This document shows, piece by piece, positions 32,061 through 38,058 of a stretch of 38,058 nucleotides of DNA. Both the position numbers and the translations under genes were made by a program. Source of the DNA: Octopus sinensis (taxonomy: Eukaryota). The number at the start of each line of letters is the position of its first letter. Within the stretch, counting starts at the first letter, position 1. The stretch spans positions 1 through 38,058 of the forward strand of contig NW_021835365.1 of assembly GCF_006345805.1 (NCBI RefSeq), written 5' to 3'. The notes under the pieces are model-generated. The model was not told the DNA's origin and searched no databases. It saw only the letters and a list, made by a program, of their open reading frames with translations.

Positions 32061-32906
32061 ATACCACTAATTAATGTATTCGGCAAAAGTCCTTTCAAAG
32101 TACTGAATTACTTTACTCAGTGTTTTTAACAAACATCTGAAAACCATTTTTTCAATGATTAGACTGACCGTAGTAAAGATTTGGTTAAATTTATTGAAAA
32201 ATTGGGAATAAGAAAAAAAATTAATTAGCAGCACAAATCATTTTCGTCGCTGAGAGCATGATAGTTCTGGACTGATATTTGAATGGGAGAAATGAAGATC
32301 TGACTTAGAAAAAATCCAACCAAAACGGCCGAGCACAGATAATAGTTGAGAGACATGAATATTAACATTAAAATGTAATTTATTCCGAGTCGAATTGTGA
32401 GAATTGCGGATTTGCCCAAATGAACATAGCGATAATTTATTTTACCGAATCTGCCGTATTTAAACGTCACATTTTTTTCTAAAACAAGCAGCAACTCTGA
32501 TAACATTGTTAGAAACACCGTTGCGAAAATTGCGAGCCATAGGTCTTCAAATTAAATGCAGGAATAATACGTTTTTGTGATTGCAGAGTGAACCTTTGAA
32601 AAAATAAAGTAATTCCTTTCCATTTTGTATTGAATAACATGATTTCCATCAGAAAAATTAATTGAATGTGACACAGTTAATTTTTTTAAGTAAAAAAATA
32701 CTATTTAAATTATAAATAATTAAAATATTGTGAGATACAAATATGTCGCGTTCTATGTCTATACTGGCAAAATCCTTTGCCCTTATAATTAGTCAATAAT
32801 GGGGAAACAGTCCAAAATGATGGGGTCCTTCAATAATTTTAAAAATCCAACGTATTAAGAATATCCTCGATGATGAGGTCCTTAGAACCTTTTTGCCAAA
32901 AAATTA

Positions 32907-34092
32907 TTTTCGGCATTTTAGTTAACTGACGCGTACAACTTTGTCCCAATTGCGGTGGAGAGAGGTGGTGTGATTGGGCCGGCCAGGAAGAGGATTCTGT
33001 CTATAATTGGGAAACTGGTCGGAAAGAAAATTTTTGACCACCGGGAAACCAGCCGGCTCTACCAGAGAATATTTATAGCAATCTTATCAGGTAATTCGTT
33101 TGTTATTCGCGATGAAGCTACTGGCAAATCCCAATTGTTTTCCCTTTCTATACTTTGGAATAATGAACTTATATTACAAAAAAAGTTACCATAATGCTTT
33201 TGTTCTTCGATTTAAACTTTATTTAAATCAGAATGTGTTTTATAAAACAAAAAACACTCTTCTGAAGAAATGGCCATTGAAAGCTTACTTGCAAACGACG
33301 CTACACGCAATAAATTTTGTAAAAAGTCGACACATTTGTCCAAATATTCACCTGAGGATAATTGTTACAATCAATAGAAATAAAAGACGAAATATTGCAT
33401 TCTATTAATACGTTATGAGTGTGTTCCGAGTCGATCTTTTCGATAATGATGGGTATGCAATTTAGACTACCACTTAATTCTGGCGTAGCTGGTCTAAGAT
33501 CTGTTTTGGATTTTGTCCTACCGGCCTTTCTGTCCTCTCACTCATTCTTCTAAAGGTAATCCTGAGAGATTCTACATAAATCCCCCGAATCGTATTCGGA
33601 CAAGTTTTTTGAAGATCGGTGTATACTGTGGAAGGATTCAGGATTAAAATTTCAACTCCAAACATCACTCCAACGGAGGTAGACAATTTATACTGCGAAT
33701 CCACCTCAAACAATTTTGCAATGAGGCTTGACCAGCATCGCCTCATTTGTTTACGCTCTGCAGCTGTGCCACACAACGGGTATAGCTGAATACTATCTCA
33801 ATTGCTGGTCTCGGAACATTATTAGAGGATGACTGCATACGCATCGGTACTGTTCTGAGACTCGGACTTGACATCGGCAAACAACATTGTTGCAGATGTG
33901 GAAAAATGGTCGACGATTCACCCACTTTTTTGCAAATAAAGTGCTGTGAGAACTACTCGGGACTCCGCTGCCAATGTTATCTTACGAGCTATTGAATCAG
34001 CGAGCTTCCCTTCGGTGCCAGAGCCAGTGGGTATAGATCGTGGAGATGAGAAAAGATTCGATGGATGACCACCAATCCTTACTCCTCCGGAA
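32907..34092 (+). mobile_element. Two CRE retrotransposon fragments (copy B)
   Basis: Duplicate of 3325-3540 and 3870-4510. Confidence 0.8.
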
Positions 34093-34099
34093 ATTCGTT

Positions 34100-35555
34100 G
34101 GTTGAGATCAATGTGTTTTGACTCCCATTCGATATATTCATTTATTTTACATGTATCTTCTTTGAAATCGAGTTTTCTCAGAAAATTGTATGCTTTTTGG
34201 ATAGAAAAGTTCCTTGACTCAATTTCACTAAGAACATCAACGAGTGGGGAATATTGATTCCATATCTCCTTTAAATCATTAAGAAGTCCTTCATTTTTTA
34301 TTGATTCCATTGCTCTCCGAATCAATATGGATTCTCCTTTTAGCGAATTGCATATTTCCAACACTCTGGGAAAATTTTCCGCGTAGTACTTGATTGCTCG
34401 GAGCCAGCTTCCCCATCTAGTAACAATAGGTTCTGGAGGTAGTCCTATTTCAGCAAATAGTGTCCTTCGACTATTATTTTTCAAAACAAGTTTTTTTATA
34501 GAGTCAATTAAGTTATCCACTACAGGATAATTTAGTTTTATCCTTAATGCACAATTGTGAATTAAATGTGCAATACATGTTACGTGGAATAAATTAGGAT
34601 ACAAATTTTTTAGTGTTTTTCCGGCTAAAATCATATACTTTGCCGCGTCGGTTAATAACAAATAAAAATTTTTCCTCTCAACATTTGCACATCAAATCGT
34701 ATCATCCACAATCTGACATAGAATTGATGCATTAAGCGAAGAATTTAATGGTACACAACCAATAAGATAGCTGATTTGGGGATCCGTTATTTTCCCAATA
34801 AGAATATTTACATATTTTTCATTACCAGCGTCAGTCTTATCCACGATAAAAAAATTTTTTTCATTAATTAACAAGCTGATTATCTCATGGACACGTCTTT
34901 CGGCCAAAATTTTGACATTATTTCGGCATTTGGATTCTGAGGGTAACTCGAATCCGATAGCATTGAAAAAATTGATTAATGCAGGATTCCTTAGTTTATA
35001 TAAAGGAATATTTGCTGAAACAAATGCTTCAGTCAGATTTAGTGAAAAATCAGTGTTATGGCTCATAACACTAGCAGAGCCCGCATGTCTTGTTTTGGCT
35101 GTCAATCTCGAATTGGCTCAGCATTTGAATGCAGTGAGACACTTTTCGAGTGATGGGGGAATTGATTTGACGTCCAAAGAGGAGTTTGATGAGTTCTATG
35201 CCGGATTTGAGTACCCCACACTTGAGGAGGGATTTGTTGCTGTCACTGAACATCAATTTGTCTACGATCCTTCAGCGGATAGCAAAAAATTGTTCAAATA
35301 TTTTTACACTTTGTGATTTCAAGTTTTTCGATACATTTTGTAGGCCTCGACTAATTAATTATTTGAAGAGAAAGTTTTCCCACTGTATTAGTGATCTGTT
35401 GGTGCACTGCAAAATAGAGAGAGAGCTTGTTTGCATTACTTGTTCTACACAAAAGGACTTCAAAACACTTAAATAGAAATCGAAGGAATAACCATGTTCA
35501 TTCTTATTTACAAAACGTAAGAATTTCTCATTCTGGTGGTTTTGTATCATGAATT
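34100..35555 (-). pseudogene. DUF659-type transposase (copy B)
   Basis: Duplicate of 4520-5975 with the same in-frame TGA and one K>E change (VLSEIESR). Confidence 0.8.
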
Positions 35556-36060
35556 TGACAAAATGAAAGCTTCACTTCGAGTTTATCTGTTTATTGCACG
35601 TATTGGTGTGGGCAATTTTATTGATACATGCAATATAGATATAGACTGTAATTACATTAACTATTAAAGTTAATTGTCACCAAAAATGATTCCATTATTA
35701 CAATTATTTTTTACAAGAAATTAATTTGTGTTAAAAAATCACATTCAGGTTGATCAAATCTCTAACGAACATCTCAGTCCGATTCATGTGGGCAGGATCA
35801 AACTTTTCAGAAGGATCTCCCTCGCTTGAATCGGGGATCACGCGGATTATTATAATTAACTGGCTTACCCTGGTTTTTTGGTCAATAAATAAATGCATGA
35901 AGCAACTTAATTAGTTGTGTAATATTGTTTGTTGCACATGCCGGGCTATAAATAAATTGTGCTAATAATAAATTGCGCCTGGACATTTAGAACTTTAATA
36001 CAATCAAATAAATGAAATAATTTTTTTGTTATCAATTGTTAATTTCCCAATAGGATTATG

Positions 36061-36172
36061 TTTATGGTAGATATGTAGCCTGGCGGAATGCCAAACTGTT
36101 TCCCCGGATGATGGCAATCGAGAACCGTTGCATTAGCCAGTTCGCCTCCCGAGGATCATGGGTGCGCATGAG
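36061..36172 (-). mobile_element. CRE 3' tip (copy B)
   Basis: Duplicate of 6479-6590. Confidence 0.72.
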
Positions 36173-36310
36173 AATGAAATAATTATTTTCATAAAATTCC
36201 ACTTTTTTTAAACACTTTTTAAAAGATTGTGGCGTCTAAGTAAATTAAAAAATAGTAAATAACTTAAGAAATAAAAAGAAATTAGAATTTTATTCCAGCC
36301 AAGCGTTACT

Positions 36311-37136
36311 TTATTCATAACAAAGTTGCGAATTGAAAAAGTGGATATAGCACATTGTCTCCAAGTACTGCAAGTAGGAGAACATATAAAGCGACGGGTC
36401 ATAATACCCACAAAATAGAATTCCGTAAAATGGTCTATGCAAACATGATTCATAGGTGATATCCCAAGATTGATCACTGGGCGAAGTCGAGCCCCTACTA
36501 GGAGGAGTCGTGTTTTTAAGGGTGATATCCTTGCACTGTTCCTCGTCACCCGACTCAATGGACTTGCTATGAATAGTCTCCATTTCCTCAATCGTTAGGA
36601 ACATACATCTTCTGATGTCTCCCTCATTCACCCCTGTTCTCGTCTGAACGTGTGCTTTGATTTTATCATAGGCACAGGTCACATCACTGGTCTTCCCAAT
36701 GATTTTGAAAACGGGCTCCTTCCCTCGAGTGGGCGAGACAATGTATGTGCCCGTCTCGCGCTGTATTCGTGTGATCGTCATTCCCCCATACCCCACAATC
36801 AGTCCCACCAAGTGGTCAGGTACCTTCACGTACGCCACCACCTGTTCATCTCCCACGAGTTGTGTCGACCGGATTTTTGAAAAATGTTGAGCAGCACATT
36901 TGATTTCGTTGATGGCCTTTTCGACATCCTCAGGCCCCAGTCACGCAGAAGATTGGTTCTTCTCCTCTGGTGGGATTCTGAATGAATGTGTTGTGTCTTC
37001 GCAAATGGCTTTGATTTTTGACCCTGTCGGTTAATATTCACGCAGCACCTTGTTTTCCGACTATTTCTGCCGTATACTGGCAATTGGGGACTCGGATAGA
37101 TATAGTGATATTTTTAGGATTATGAAAAGAAAACAT
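36311..37136 (-). CDS. MEX3: MEX-3 family protein, copy B; as assembled, frameshifted in KH1 (1-nt deletion ~36991 giving a premature TGA, 2-nt deletion ~36934)
   Basis: Duplicate of 6729-7557. TTTGTG becomes TTGTG and GGCTCCCC becomes GGCCCC relative to copy A. Could be a pseudogene or consensus error. Confidence 0.7.
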
Positions 37137-37432
37137 TTTATAAACAAATAAACAGAAATCAAACTCAAAACGGCAATCAAGTATAAATACTTATCGGTCG
37201 CGTCAATTCACGTTCGTCTATTCACGTGTCAACCTACCCGCATTATTTCTTTACTAAATCATTCTCAAATTAAATGGCTGCTAATTATTTTAGTGCACTT
37301 TGTTGCTAGAATTGTCATAAATATGAATATATTACTTATCCCAGAACTTTTTATTGATGAGATGAGAAGAGTGTATAAATTATTGCAGAAAGAATTTATT
37401 TGAAAAGTCCAGATAAAATTGATTTTTAATTA

Positions 37433-38058
37433 CAGTCCGACCTCTAAATGGGGCACTAAGTGCCTCAAATCAGAGGTTTCCCCAAAAAAGAGGTTTTTCA
37501 AAAAGCTCAATAAATAAAGAAAAAGAACATTATTTTTTAAAATAATCAGTTAATTTTTCTCCATATTTATATTTATTTTTAATTCCTAACAACACTTTCT
37601 TTCTGAATTTATAAAAATCATGAAGAGAATCTGGAATCAAATCAAAGATGTTTGTCTCCCATCAAACTTAAAATTTGTGATATTGATGGTTCGCAGCTTA
37701 TATTCTCATAGATATTTGGATCATTATCTTCTATTTCGTCAAAACATTCATCAATAACATTATTAAATATTTCTTCAGATGATTCATTTATGCAACTCGA
37801 GTCTGATGGAGGTTGTCGAAAAACCTTTTGCCAGCAGTTATAAATAATATCCGCAGATACATTATTCCAAGCATCTGAGATTATTGTTACCACTTGCCGC
37901 AAATTTAATTTAAATAAAGACTCTATAAACAAATCCTGGTCGTCTTGAAAACATAAAAAATCAATTAGACAATTCAAATAATTATCCTTGAAATTTTTAA
38001 TGATTCCAGCATCCAATGGTTGAAGTATTGGTGTCGTATTTTTTGGTAAAAATAAAAA
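37433..38058 (-). mobile_element. pogo/Tigger transposon, 3' end (runs off the window)
   Basis: TA then CAGTCCGACCTCTAAATGGGGCA TIR. Minus-strand NTTPILQPLDAGIIKNFK...AWNNVSADIIYNCWQK. Confidence 0.9.

Larger units (their letters stand above)
29578..37432. repeat. Segmental duplication, copy B (partner at 2-7853)
   Basis: Same alignment as copy A. It starts at the TA right after one Tigger and ends at the TA right before another. Confidence 0.97.

Noticed and set aside
29578-37432. Copy B as a proven composite transposon mobilised by its flanking Tiggers
   Set aside because: The two Tiggers have different TIR sequences, and the left one has its own TA-TIR...TIR-TA structure. Independent insertions into a larger duplication fit better.
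1-38058. tRNA, rRNA or snRNA genes
   Set aside because: I saw no cloverleaf with T-loop and D-loop consensus and no rRNA or snRNA signature by eye. A covariance-model scan (tRNAscan-SE, Infernal) was not possible.

Overview
AT-rich eukaryotic (animal) genomic DNA in the standard genetic code, with no sign of prokaryotic or viral origin. Small islands of host genes sit in a dense field of nested, mostly decayed transposable elements. The host genes are a MEX3-type KH-KH RNA-binding protein (two copies), a phosphorylase kinase gamma-like kinase, NAA20 (NatB catalytic subunit), MED19, RSPH14 (ciliary radial spoke protein), a predicted secreted 136-aa protein and an unidentified multi-exon gene. 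Every intron I could place precisely is a GT-AG micro-intron of 21-27 nt, so the ORF track fragments or misreads most genes. Animal-type genes, a ciliary gene and such tiny introns fit a dicyemid-mesozoan-like genome; this is inference, not an identification. Elements present: several pogo/Tigger transposons (two with both TIRs and TA target duplications), Tc1 fragments, hAT elements (a MITE, a Buster/SPIN-like 3' half, a DUF659-type transposase), an rve integrase relic, APE-type LINEs with 2A/StopGo-like peptides, and many CRE-clade RLE retrotransposon 3' ends the ORF track misses. Bases 2-7853 recur at 29578-37432 at roughly 99% identity (by eye), and copy B is bracketed by Tigger elements. 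Highlights: a 25-nt micro-intron inside a Tigger transposase that paralogous elements lack; a 25-nt NAA20 micro-exon between 23- and 24-nt introns; 2A-like peptides; an interstitial telomere-variant array with a 12-bp higher-order repeat. Caveat: conserved genes carry frequent single-base deletions, probably long-read consensus errors, so pseudogene calls and some exon boundaries are uncertain.
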